From a virus (Duplodnaviria > Heunggongvirae > Uroviricota > Caudoviricetes): a stretch of DNA of 64,000 nucleotides. Shown in pieces: positions 1-8,404 of this stretch. The notes under the pieces were generated by a model, which saw nothing but the letters and a program-made list of their open reading frames with translations, made no database searches and had not been told where the DNA came from. Position numbers and translations under genes: made by a program. The stretch lies in the IMG/VR virus record IMGVR_UViG_3300029305_002265; one strand, given 5' to 3'. Position 1 is the stretch's first letter, and every line of letters starts with the position of its first letter.

Positions 1-102
1 TCTTTTACAATCTTTTCTTCTGCCTCTAAACAATTCTTTATATTTGTTGCCCCACTTACTTCTATCAACGGCAACAACACAATATTCTCTGTAATTTTCC
101 AT
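1..102 (-). CDS. partial hypothetical protein (runs off window start)
   Basis: ATG at 102 after GGAAGG; open frame MENYREYCVV... to the edge. Confidence 0.45.
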   Translation of the reverse strand, partial: MENYREYCVVAVDRSKWGNKYKELFRGRRKDCKR

Positions 103-119
103 AGCAACCTTCCATCAAA

Positions 120-350
120 TCACTCTTTTATTGCCTCTCTCAATGCCTTAATAGCAAGAGAACAGGCGTGGTATTTTTTTATTTCTTCATCGTCAAACAG
201 ATTATATCCTGCTCTAATGTCCGACAATTCGTGAATTGCGTTCCAGACTTCTTCTTTACTCCAATCGCACTTGACTATCGAAACACCAAACTCGTCTTTT
301 GCAATCTGCTTTAATTTTTCAAATCTATCATCTGACATACTTTGCACCAT
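120..350 (-). CDS. hypothetical protein
   Basis: ORF in tightly packed minus-strand run. Confidence 0.65.
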   Translation of the reverse strand: MVQSMSDDRFEKLKQIAKDEFGVSIVKCDWSKEEVWNAIHELSDIRAGYNLFDDEEIKKYHACSLAIKALREAIKE

Positions 351-356
351 CTAAAA

Positions 357-764
357 TCACTCTTTTATTGTGCGAATTTCTAAATCCGTACCATCATAAT
401 TTCCGCTAATGCCATCATAAAAATATTCTTCGTGTCCTATGGATTTTATTGCTTTATCAAACATTTTGTAAAAATCCTCAATAAGATAATAGTGTGTAAA
501 CCCAACTCTTATATTGCAAAGTAGCTTTTCCAAATAACTACGAGCATGCATTTTACAATAGTCTTCATCTTCACATTCAAATACCTTAATGAATCTGTAC
601 TCATCGTCAAATGGATGTTGATTATTTTCCCTTGTATATATCTTAAACTTTCTGTCTGACAAATTGATGTCTATATCCTCGCAAACGGTTGAATATGAAT
701 ACTTATAGCCATCAATACCATAATCTCTGTCTGTGTTAAAGTTAGCTTTAATTATTATCTTCAT
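357..764 (-). CDS. hypothetical protein
   Basis: 135-aa ORF, GAGG RBS. Confidence 0.75.
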   Translation of the reverse strand: MKIIIKANFNTDRDYGIDGYKYSYSTVCEDIDINLSDRKFKIYTRENNQHPFDDEYRFIKVFECEDEDYCKMHARSYLEKLLCNIRVGFTHYYLIEDFYKMFDKAIKSIGHEEYFYDGISGNYDGTDLEIRTIKE

Positions 765-800
765 ATAGTTTTTCCTCTTAAAATCGTCATTTTATCTTAC

Positions 801-1034
801 TTAAATATATCCGTTTGCTTTCATATACTCATCAAAAGTTGTTCTGCTTTGCATAAATTTTTCCTCTTGTGTTTTGTCTAAACATTTTACTGTATATCCC
901 TTGTCGGTATAAATTTTAATACTACAAAACAATAAGTTTTTGTCTGTATTAAATAATTGCTCATATCCATTTTTGGTTTTTTCATAACCACCATACCAAC
1001 CATTTTTGCGTTCAAGTACAACTAATTCTTTCAT
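801..1034 (-). CDS. hypothetical protein
   Basis: 77-aa ORF, packed operon. Confidence 0.7.
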   Translation of the reverse strand: MKELVVLERKNGWYGGYEKTKNGYEQLFNTDKNLLFCSIKIYTDKGYTVKCLDKTQEEKFMQSRTTFDEYMKANGYI

Positions 1035-1036
1035 AT

Positions 1037-1267
1037 TTAAACCCTCACTACTTTTATCGGTTTAGGTCTTGCCATTCCATATTTCCAGCAATAACCTTGT
1101 GCTTCGTGATATTCTACCACATCATCACCTTTAATTATTTTGTATGTAGTTTCTCTTTTGTTTGTAATCTGTTCGCTTATATCTTTTTTTTGTTGCAAAC
1201 TCGCCTTTATAAATCCATTTACCAAAATCCCACGGATACCAAATATAAAGTTTATACATCTTATCAC
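1037..1267 (-). CDS. hypothetical protein
   Basis: 76-aa ORF, packed operon. Confidence 0.6.
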   Translation of the reverse strand: MIRCINFIFGIRGILVNGFIKASLQQKKDISEQITNKRETTYKIIKGDDVVEYHEAQGYCWKYGMARPKPIKVVRV

Positions 1268-1287
1268 CTCATAAAATTATCCTTTTA

Positions 1288-1548
1288 TTATTTAACTTCT
1301 TTTACATTTGAAATATAGGAAATATCATTGCCATCTATAACCGCATCAAATTCTATTTTTGTTCCGTCTACAAACCCCAGGCATTTTTCCAGTGCTTTTG
1401 TTAAGGCCTTATTTATCTTTTCAATTACAACATTTCCGTTGTAATCTTTGATATTAACAAGTTCTACACCTTTTTTGTAAAACATTCTGCCATAACCCTT
1501 AACATAGCATTGTCTGTTATAAGTGGCATATAATTTGATTTTATTCAT
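1288..1548 (-). CDS. hypothetical protein
   Basis: 86-aa ORF. Confidence 0.7.
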   Translation of the reverse strand: MNKIKLYATYNRQCYVKGYGRMFYKKGVELVNIKDYNGNVVIEKINKALTKALEKCLGFVDGTKIEFDAVIDGNDISYISNVKEVK

Positions 1549-1597
1549 ATCTAAATCCGCTTCATGAAATTACATTTTTATAATCATTTTGTTTTGT

Positions 1598-2284
1598 TTA
1601 ATGTTCGTCAAAGTAAACTGCCTTAACCTTCTTGTTCCAACATACCCCACAAGCAGAACAATTCGTTTCCCTGCCAGGACAATGGAACGCATTCTTAGGA
1701 ATTTCAGGCGTAAATCTTTCTTCCTTAAACTTCACATAAGCAACAGGAAGCCCATGGGGATTCGGCACGTCCCAAAGCACATCCCAAGCAGAGAAGAAGA
1801 TATTATAATTATCGGGGAGTTTTCCGCCGTCGTCAAGATACTTATTTACCAGATCGTACTTCTTGGTATAAGCCATAAACTTTACATTAGGGAACTGCTT
1901 TGCCAACTCTACGCTTCTCTCAAGAAACTCTCCATCAGGAAAATCCCCAGAATCAAAGAATCTTACCATAGGAAGACCGCTGAACTTAATCTTATAATGC
2001 AGCTGCTCAAAGAAATCATCTGCGCTGTTATTATACAGTCTCAGATTTCTATAATAAGCTCCCTGAACATTTGCAAAGCTCTGACATCCATGTTGTGCAT
2101 AACACTTCTTGAAGCACGGTGCATCAGGATTGCAAACGGTTACAGGAAACGGCACAGAAATGCATGCCTTTCCAAGCTTTCTGTTATTGTTGTTTGCGCA
2201 GATTTCATTACTGCGCAATGCATACTCCTCTATTCTTAATATCTTTTCTTCTTGTGTAAATGTGTAGTTAGCTTTCTTTCCCAT
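1598..2284 (-). CDS. phage GP88-like protein (Cys-rich, radical-SAM-like fold)
   Basis: CxxxxxCxxxCYA, RFFDSGDF, YTK and C-terminal CPG..CxxCxxC motifs typical of phage gp88 family; AGGAG RBS. Confidence 0.7.
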   Translation of the reverse strand: MGKKANYTFTQEEKILRIEEYALRSNEICANNNNRKLGKACISVPFPVTVCNPDAPCFKKCYAQHGCQSFANVQGAYYRNLRLYNNSADDFFEQLHYKIKFSGLPMVRFFDSGDFPDGEFLERSVELAKQFPNVKFMAYTKKYDLVNKYLDDGGKLPDNYNIFFSAWDVLWDVPNPHGLPVAYVKFKEERFTPEIPKNAFHCPGRETNCSACGVCWNKKVKAVYFDEH

Positions 2285-2331
2285 TTTACATTTCTCCTTT
2301 ATTGTATCATATTTTAATCATTTTGTACTGT

Positions 2332-2574
2332 TTAATTGAAAACAATTTCTGTTGTATAATCCTCATCGTCTTTATCGTCCCACACCAGTGCTCTCAGTTC
2401 ATCACCCACGGGTTTCTCCATTAGCACGGTTGGTCTGCTTGAATTCTCACCCTTATCATTATCAGCAACAAATTCTACGCATATTCCAGGATAATCTATA
2501 TCTCCACAAATTGTGGCATACAAATACCCACCCTCTACTTTTACTTTTAAAGTTTCTTCTGGTTTACTATACAT
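2332..2574 (-). CDS. hypothetical protein
   Basis: 80-aa ORF, AGGAGG RBS. Confidence 0.75.
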   Translation of the reverse strand: MYSKPEETLKVKVEGGYLYATICGDIDYPGICVEFVADNDKGENSSRPTVLMEKPVGDELRALVWDDKDDEDYTTEIVFN

Positions 2575-2575
2575 T

Positions 2576-2788
2576 TTATTTGTCCTCCTTTATATTAAAT
2601 GCGCTACCACGATCCTCATGACCGCAATCGGTGCAGGTCCAAAAGTCCATATCATCGGGGAAGTGGGTTACTTCAACACAGTCGTCAATAACTTCTATAA
2701 AATCTCCGTGCTCATTGACTATCCAATCCTGCGTAACGTGTGCCGTCACGAAAAACTTTTTGCAACCACATTTGGGACATCTTTTCAT
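2576..2788 (-). CDS. small zinc-ribbon protein
   Basis: CPKC ... CTDC pairs. Confidence 0.7.
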   Translation of the reverse strand: MKRCPKCGCKKFFVTAHVTQDWIVNEHGDFIEVIDDCVEVTHFPDDMDFWTCTDCGHEDRGSAFNIKEDK

Positions 2789-2789
2789 A

Positions 2790-3341
2790 TTAATTACCTT
2801 CCTTATTAAAATATTTCATATGGTCTTCGAACATACCATAGTCATCACCAAAACCGCCAATACAAATGTTTCCATTATCATCTACCATATCTTCGGTGAA
2901 ATTTGTTTCATACTCTGCGTTATACTCTTCGATAGTATCGAACTCCCATATCCAATGTTCCTCATAATCAACACATTCATTGATTACTGTCTCTTCCTTG
3001 GCGAATAACATATGTTCCTGGAAGGCACATCCAGGCTCCGAAGAATACACCTCAATCACAAGCTCAAGCCTTTCTGCTTCACTCTCAAGAGACGGGCTGT
3101 CTCCTCTATATTCTCTCATCATGGCTGAAAGTACGGACCAAGCGCAATCGCCATAGCCTTCCACGCTTACGATCTCGTCTTCATTTTTATTATCAATGTC
3201 TTCTGTATCGCAATGAAACTCATATATACGACCGAGCCCGTTATTTTTAAACTCGTCTTTCCACTGAAGCATTCGGATTAACTCCTTAATACTCTTTGCT
3301 TTTCCTGTAATTTTCATATCAAATAAACAATTGTTAGCCAT
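2790..3341 (-). CDS. hypothetical protein (possible DUF1281/YubB ferredoxin-like)
   Basis: MANNC start, AWS and EPG motifs resemble that family; RBS present. Confidence 0.6.
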   Translation of the reverse strand: MANNCLFDMKITGKAKSIKELIRMLQWKDEFKNNGLGRIYEFHCDTEDIDNKNEDEIVSVEGYGDCAWSVLSAMMREYRGDSPSLESEAERLELVIEVYSSEPGCAFQEHMLFAKEETVINECVDYEEHWIWEFDTIEEYNAEYETNFTEDMVDDNGNICIGGFGDDYGMFEDHMKYFNKEGN

Positions 3342-3397
3342 AATTTTATCTCCTTCTGCCCAGGTTTAACCGCCTGGGCTCGGTTTATTTTTTTTAT

Positions 3398-3796
3398 TTA
3401 TGCGACATCTACACGGATGTTGTCGCTATTTCTTTCTACTACATCAATCAAGAAACTTGTTCTTTCTTTAACCTGCATATGCTCCCAACAATAATCGAGT
3501 ATTGTTTCAAAAATCTCAATACCAGACGTCTTGCCGAGATTAGTAATGTCTGTAATCTTATGGTGCTGGCAAAACCGAATTACATCACCAAGTGTATCAA
3601 GTCTTGCTCTCTTCAGAGCGTTGGTCGATCTGCCAGACATTTCAAAGTCCATAACAGATACTCCGAAGATTGATTCATTATAAGGAATGCAAACTGTTCT
3701 CTTATTATATACCTGCTTGAGCGCCTGAGAGAGCTTTGCGCCCTCTGCCATCTTATCAACGATAAAATCCATTACATAAATATTTCTCTGTGTCAT
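3398..3796 (-). CDS. RNA polymerase alpha-subunit C-terminal-domain-like protein
   Basis: MSGRSTNALKRARLDTLGDV...ITNLGKTSGIEI parallels alpha-CTD LSVRSxNCLKRAGIxTVGDL...NLGxKSLxEI; AGGAG RBS before ATG 3796. Confidence 0.75.
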   Translation of the reverse strand: MTQRNIYVMDFIVDKMAEGAKLSQALKQVYNKRTVCIPYNESIFGVSVMDFEMSGRSTNALKRARLDTLGDVIRFCQHHKITDITNLGKTSGIEIFETILDYCWEHMQVKERTSFLIDVVERNSDNIRVDVA

Positions 3797-3840
3797 AATA
3801 CGATTCTCCTTTAAAATCATTTTGTATTGTTTAATTAGTT

Positions 3841-4134
3841 TTACATCAAATCTACAATTATGGCTGAGTAATGATAAGTCTTTCCCTCATATTCATCCTC
3901 GAACTCTTCATACTCAATATTTGTAACCTTCTTTGCCAGGTCTCTGGTCGGCACGAATGTTTCTCTTACAGATGGAATACATCCGCCGTCATTGGTACTG
4001 ATTGCATAATCTCTGTCTTCTTCCATTCTCAGAACATATATCAGTTCGTTGAGCGACTTAGGATTGCTACGTGCAATCATAGGATGCTTCGCAAACATTG
4101 CGTCAAGTTTTGCCTGAAATTCTGCATTAGTCAT
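3841..4134 (-). CDS. hypothetical protein
   Basis: ORF with AGGAG RBS before ATG 4134. Confidence 0.7.
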   Translation of the reverse strand: MTNAEFQAKLDAMFAKHPMIARSNPKSLNELIYVLRMEEDRDYAISTNDGGCIPSVRETFVPTRDLAKKVTNIEYEEFEDEYEGKTYHYSAIIVDLM

Positions 4135-4393
4135 TGTTTTTATTCTCCTTAATATATTCATTGATTACATATCCCATGGTGCCCCAATAATGATCCCAAT
4201 ATCCATCATTGTGTTCAAGTGCGTCTTCAAATCTTTCGGCGATAAGCTCAAGATCTACATCATCAAGATCCTCATCTTCTTCAAGCTGAGACGCCACATC
4301 TTCTTTCAGATATTCCATATTCTTTGCTTCGTATGCCTTGCGAAGTTCTTCTTGGGTTAATTCAAACTCTTTTCCATCTCTAACAATTTTCAT
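4127..4393 (-). CDS. hypothetical acidic protein
   Basis: 88-aa ORF, GGAG RBS, overlaps next gene. Confidence 0.75.
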   Translation of the reverse strand: MKIVRDGKEFELTQEELRKAYEAKNMEYLKEDVASQLEEDEDLDDVDLELIAERFEDALEHNDGYWDHYWGTMGYVINEYIKENKNND

Positions 4394-4395
4394 AA

Positions 4396-4743
4396 TTACT
4401 CCTCCAATTCTCCGACAATCTCAATGTGTCGGCCACCTTTGCTTTCCGCCATAGTTACATACTGTTCAAGTAACCAGTTCATTTTGTCTTTCATAAGAAA
4501 ATATGCTTCCTGCTCTTTCTTTGCGCTTCTACGACTACAAGGCACAAGCATACAAGCCAATGTGTTGTAATACTGAAAATATTCGGGACTATAGAAAACG
4601 CTATAATGACCATCTCCTTTTGAACACGGCGTTACTCTTGCTTCGTAACCTCTGCCCTTGTTGTAGTGGATCTCAACTCTTAATAAGTTTGAATCTGAAT
4701 AAATTCCTGTTGTTTTGTAGTAATGTATCATAGCTACCTCCAA
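4396..4743 (-). CDS. hypothetical protein
   Basis: 115-aa ORF; start uncertain. Confidence 0.7.
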   Translation of the reverse strand: MEVAMIHYYKTTGIYSDSNLLRVEIHYNKGRGYEARVTPCSKGDGHYSVFYSPEYFQYYNTLACMLVPCSRRSAKKEQEAYFLMKDKMNWLLEQYVTMAESKGGRHIEIVGELEE

Positions 4744-5249
4744 CCATAAATTTTAGCCACATCTTTATAAAGCGACTTTGTATAATAATTCAATTTCTTT
4801 GATGTAATTTCTTTGCCATCCCAGATATCATTAAGTAGATTCACAATATTTCTATCCTCACGAATTACTCTGTACAGGTAATGATTTGTACCGTCATGAT
4901 GTACTTCCGTTCCTTTGATGTTATAACCATCGCCATAGAATTCAGCATATTCATAAGTGAATCCAAGGATATCCTTAATATTGCCGCTCTCTACAATCTT
5001 ATAAGCAGACTTTCTGCCATTCCACAGACCAAGGTCTGCGATAACAAGAATTCTACCTTCGACAACCTTGTTGAGATTCATACGTTCATCATCAAGATAT
5101 TCATCATTTGTTTCCATCATCCATTCATAGATAGCAAGTTCATCATCAGAATCATATTCCATATCGTTGTTTTCGCAAGACTCTTTGTAATCTTCCCTCC
5201 AGTCCTCGATATCGAGATTCATATTGCTCCATATAATGTGCTTTTTCAT
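4734..5249 (-). CDS. hypothetical protein
   Basis: 171-aa ORF, GGAG RBS. Confidence 0.8.
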   Translation of the reverse strand: MKKHIIWSNMNLDIEDWREDYKESCENNDMEYDSDDELAIYEWMMETNDEYLDDERMNLNKVVEGRILVIADLGLWNGRKSAYKIVESGNIKDILGFTYEYAEFYGDGYNIKGTEVHHDGTNHYLYRVIREDRNIVNLLNDIWDGKEITSKKLNYYTKSLYKDVAKIYGWR

Positions 5250-5252
5250 AAT

Positions 5253-5525
5253 TTATTTCTCCCCTAAAAGCTGTTTAATATATTCTTTGTCTTGATACTC
5301 ATTCTCACAAAATTCTTCGTAACATGCCCAGATTTCATTATGAAAACCATAATCAAATTCCCAATCCTCAAAAATTTCCTTTAAATCAATGGCTTCGTCC
5401 TCATCAACCTCTTCTATACAAGACTTCAATTCCTTGATTAAATCTGCCAGCGTATATCCGTGTCGCATCATCCAATCTAACTTATACGCCTCGTATGCTC
5501 TTTTTCTACGACTCATTTTTGCCAT
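5253..5525 (-). CDS. hypothetical protein
   Basis: 90-aa ORF, GGGAG RBS. Confidence 0.75.
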   Translation of the reverse strand: MAKMSRRKRAYEAYKLDWMMRHGYTLADLIKELKSCIEEVDEDEAIDLKEIFEDWEFDYGFHNEIWACYEEFCENEYQDKEYIKQLLGEK

Positions 5526-5564
5526 AATTAAACTCCCTCTTCTTTATCCAACTTTTATTTTTAT

Positions 5565-5905
5565 ATACACTCATGAATTTGTAAGCTTTCTTTAATTGTT
5601 TCATATGTGCAGCATGATCCTGAATAAGGATCATAAGCAGGATGATAACCCTGCTTATGATCCGATTTCAGGAGTTATTTGCTGCATTATTGAATTATAT
5701 TCCCTTGTGTATATCGGCGCTTATACCAACACACTCTGCATTTCTGTAGATATATCTTTAACTGTTTCATATGAGAGCTGTAAACGGATGTAAATACAGC
5801 AGTATTAGCTGGTGATAACCAGCTCAGACTGCTGTATGACATATCATTTACAGCTCTGATTAAAGTTAAATACCTTGTGTGTTATGCGTTATCTATCCGC
5901 AGTAG
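5565..5905 (-). repeat. RT-associated structured repeat array, distal block (2 units)
   Basis: Two units with ACACTC..CTTTAAyTGTTTCAT-long hairpin-T(G/A)AA..CCTTGTGT; TTCAT anchors end at 5604 and 5770; same layout as 7387-8404. Confidence 0.85.
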
Positions 5906-5910
5906 ATTAA

Positions 5911-6825
5911 TTAGTCATTGTAGATTTCAGACATTCTAGCCTTGAAATCAAAGTTGTTATCTGCAATAACCTTTTTCATAAGAGCAAACATTCTCCAACC
6001 TTCACCCTTATACTCATTAAGCTTTTCATTTAAGAATGCAACCGCACTCATTCCGTATCTAACATCGAACTTGTCAACCTTGATGCCACAACCGTGGAAC
6101 ATTATAAGATTCTTAAGAGTATAGAACGCACCCTCACCCTTGTAAGCATCAAACCAAGCTTTGCTCTGAGGAGTGCTATAAGGAAGCTTAATCATATCAC
6201 TCATGAAGTAACCAACAGCTCTATAGATTTCATTGTAATTTCTTGCATACTTAACGCTGTTGATTCTGCTTCTAAGCGGTGCATATATCTTCTTATCAAT
6301 GTCTACTACAAAGATATCTCTGCCCTTGATTCTCTTATACGGAATACCCTTACAGTTCTTATTAGGAAGAGCGTCGATATACTTCTTAAGTTCTTCAAGA
6401 TAATCATTCATAGTTGCTTCAATAACTTCCTTAGTAAAGAAGTGACTTCTCTCTACGAATGTGTCCGTATCTCTTGCTTCAAGCTTGCTAAGTACTCTGA
6501 TTTCCTCAAGCATCATATCAAATGTATACTTGAAGCCCATTCTCTTGATGTATTCGTTATAGCCCTCTTTTCTTCCATCATAAGACTTGTAGTTCAGAGC
6601 GTGGAACATCTGAGCCATTACGAATCTTCTGTGGAGTTTGGTATTTCTTACGTAACCATCCTCAATGATTGAGTTTGCGATGATGTCGTCTACTTTTACA
6701 GGGTTGCCATTCTTGTCGATAATAAGGTAAATCATTGTGCCATCTCCAGCATCAAGGGTAAAGTACTTGCTAGTGTTAACTCCCATAGCGTTAAGTCTGT
6801 TCATTCTTTCATTCTTGTTCGTCAT
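5911..6825 (-). CDS. uncharacterised 304-aa protein, candidate RT-array partner
   Basis: AAGGAG RBS before ATG 6825; lies between the two array blocks. Confidence 0.85.
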   Translation of the reverse strand: MTNKNERMNRLNAMGVNTSKYFTLDAGDGTMIYLIIDKNGNPVKVDDIIANSIIEDGYVRNTKLHRRFVMAQMFHALNYKSYDGRKEGYNEYIKRMGFKYTFDMMLEEIRVLSKLEARDTDTFVERSHFFTKEVIEATMNDYLEELKKYIDALPNKNCKGIPYKRIKGRDIFVVDIDKKIYAPLRSRINSVKYARNYNEIYRAVGYFMSDMIKLPYSTPQSKAWFDAYKGEGAFYTLKNLIMFHGCGIKVDKFDVRYGMSAVAFLNEKLNEYKGEGWRMFALMKKVIADNNFDFKARMSEIYND

Positions 6826-6897
6826 AATTTGTTTCTCCTTCAAATTTGTTTTATTTGCTCTGTATTGCCGAGCGTCGCATTATTTTTTTATTAATAA

Positions 6898-7359
6898 TTA
6901 TTTTCCTTCGACCCAACTTCTTAAGATAATCAGGTCAGGGTCTGATGGGCGCTGATAGAACCATTTGCCCATAATTTCTTCATCCCACACAAAGTCTCCG
7001 CTGAGAATTGTGCATAATATAAACGCTTCAAGCGTAAACTGTGCAACCTCACGAGGCTGTCCAACAATCAACTGTTCGTCAGTAAGCTCGTCTATTGACA
7101 GTGCTTTGAAATATTTCTTTCTCTTACCGTCACTTCTTTCGCTCGGAAGAGAGTATTTATAATTTCTATACAACTCTCTCACCATATGCAACAGAACTGG
7201 CAAGTCATAGATTTGGTGAGTATGCAGCACTTTTGATGTGTCCCACTCACCATTGTCGATAAGCTTGTCCTTACCAACTTTCATAATTCTTTTCTCGAAA
7301 TCAATGTAGAATGGTTCTCCGTTCTCCACTCTTTCAAGTGCTTCAAAATAAATACACAT
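6898..7359 (-). CDS. uncharacterised 153-aa protein, candidate RT-array partner
   Basis: GGAGG RBS before ATG 7359; directly follows the proximal array. Confidence 0.85.
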   Translation of the reverse strand: MCIYFEALERVENGEPFYIDFEKRIMKVGKDKLIDNGEWDTSKVLHTHQIYDLPVLLHMVRELYRNYKYSLPSERSDGKRKKYFKALSIDELTDEQLIVGQPREVAQFTLEAFILCTILSGDFVWDEEIMGKWFYQRPSDPDLIILRSWVEGK

Positions 7360-7386
7360 TAATATGACCTCCTTGTATTTTTTATA

Positions 7387-8404
7387 GACACTCAATGACT
7401 GCAGCACATTACTTTAATTGCTTCATGATATCAGATAAGGGAAGCCTTAACGACGCAGATAATCTATGATAATGGATTATGTGCGTCGTTTGGGCTTATC
7501 AATTATCTGATGCTTGAATATAATCATTTTGTTGTCTATTGGTGTGCTCCATAGATTGCTCAATAACTTCGGCATATTGCTTTAACTGTTTCATTTGTAC
7601 AGGTTGTGCCCGAGCAGCCTGCCTTGATCTCCTCTCTCGATAGTGGAGGTGATGAGGCTGGCTTCTCGGGTTAAACAACCTGTAGCATGAAGTTAATTAC
7701 CTTGCAATCAACCGCTATGCTACGGGTTCAAATTACTCACAACATCGATACATTTCTTTATTAGCTTCATATCAAGCGAAATATGCCTGTCAGTGGCAGG
7801 ATGAGACTGGGAAATTTCCCAGTAATCATCCTGCGGCTCACAGGTTAAATCGTCGCTTCTTGAATACTGTTGTCTTGTAATTTGTCGTTGTATTACGAAT
7901 GTAAATTACTCATGACATTGATACATAACTTTATTTGTTTCATATGTGAAGGCGTATCGCCAGATGAAAGACGGGAAACGTCCCGCAGATAGGCGGGACG
8001 TATCCCGTCGAATCTGGTTAGAAGCGCCTTCTATTGAATGCTGCCACCTTGTAATTTATTGCTGTACTGCAAATTTGAATTACTCACAACTTTGACACAT
8101 TACTTTAGTTGTTTCATGAAAGGCGTCTGAATCAGGAGAAGCGATCAGAAAGCGGCGGGATAGCGCCGTGTGATGATCGCTTATCCTGAGTTGTAGACGC
8201 ATTACTGAATTTAGTTGCCTTGTAATTCGTGGTGTGTTCCAAATGATTGCTCACAATGATGACACGTTACTTTATAGGTTTCATATTAAGAAGCAATTGT
8301 GGTTTCCATCCAAGGCGATGCCCCTCGCATCGCCGCCCCTCGAAATCATTTATTGCTTCTTGATTAAATTTTCATTGCCTTGCAATCATAATGTCGTGTT
8401 ACAT
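7387..8404 (-). repeat. RT-associated structured repeat array, proximal block (6 units of ~172 bp), probable ncRNA array
   Basis: TTCAT anchors end at 7426, 7594, 7770, 7943, 8117, 8284 (period 167-176); conserved flanks around six different long hairpins; no convincing ORF. Confidence 0.92.

Noticed and set aside
7430..8361. Hairpins as a series of terminators or REP/MITE copies
   Set aside because: The stems are long and bulged without U-tracts, and the hairpin sequences differ between units while the flanks are conserved, which is the opposite of REP/MITE behaviour.
7387..8404. CRISPR array interpretation
   Set aside because: The period is ~172 bp, the conserved parts are degenerate, the variable parts are self-complementary hairpins, and no cas genes are in the window.
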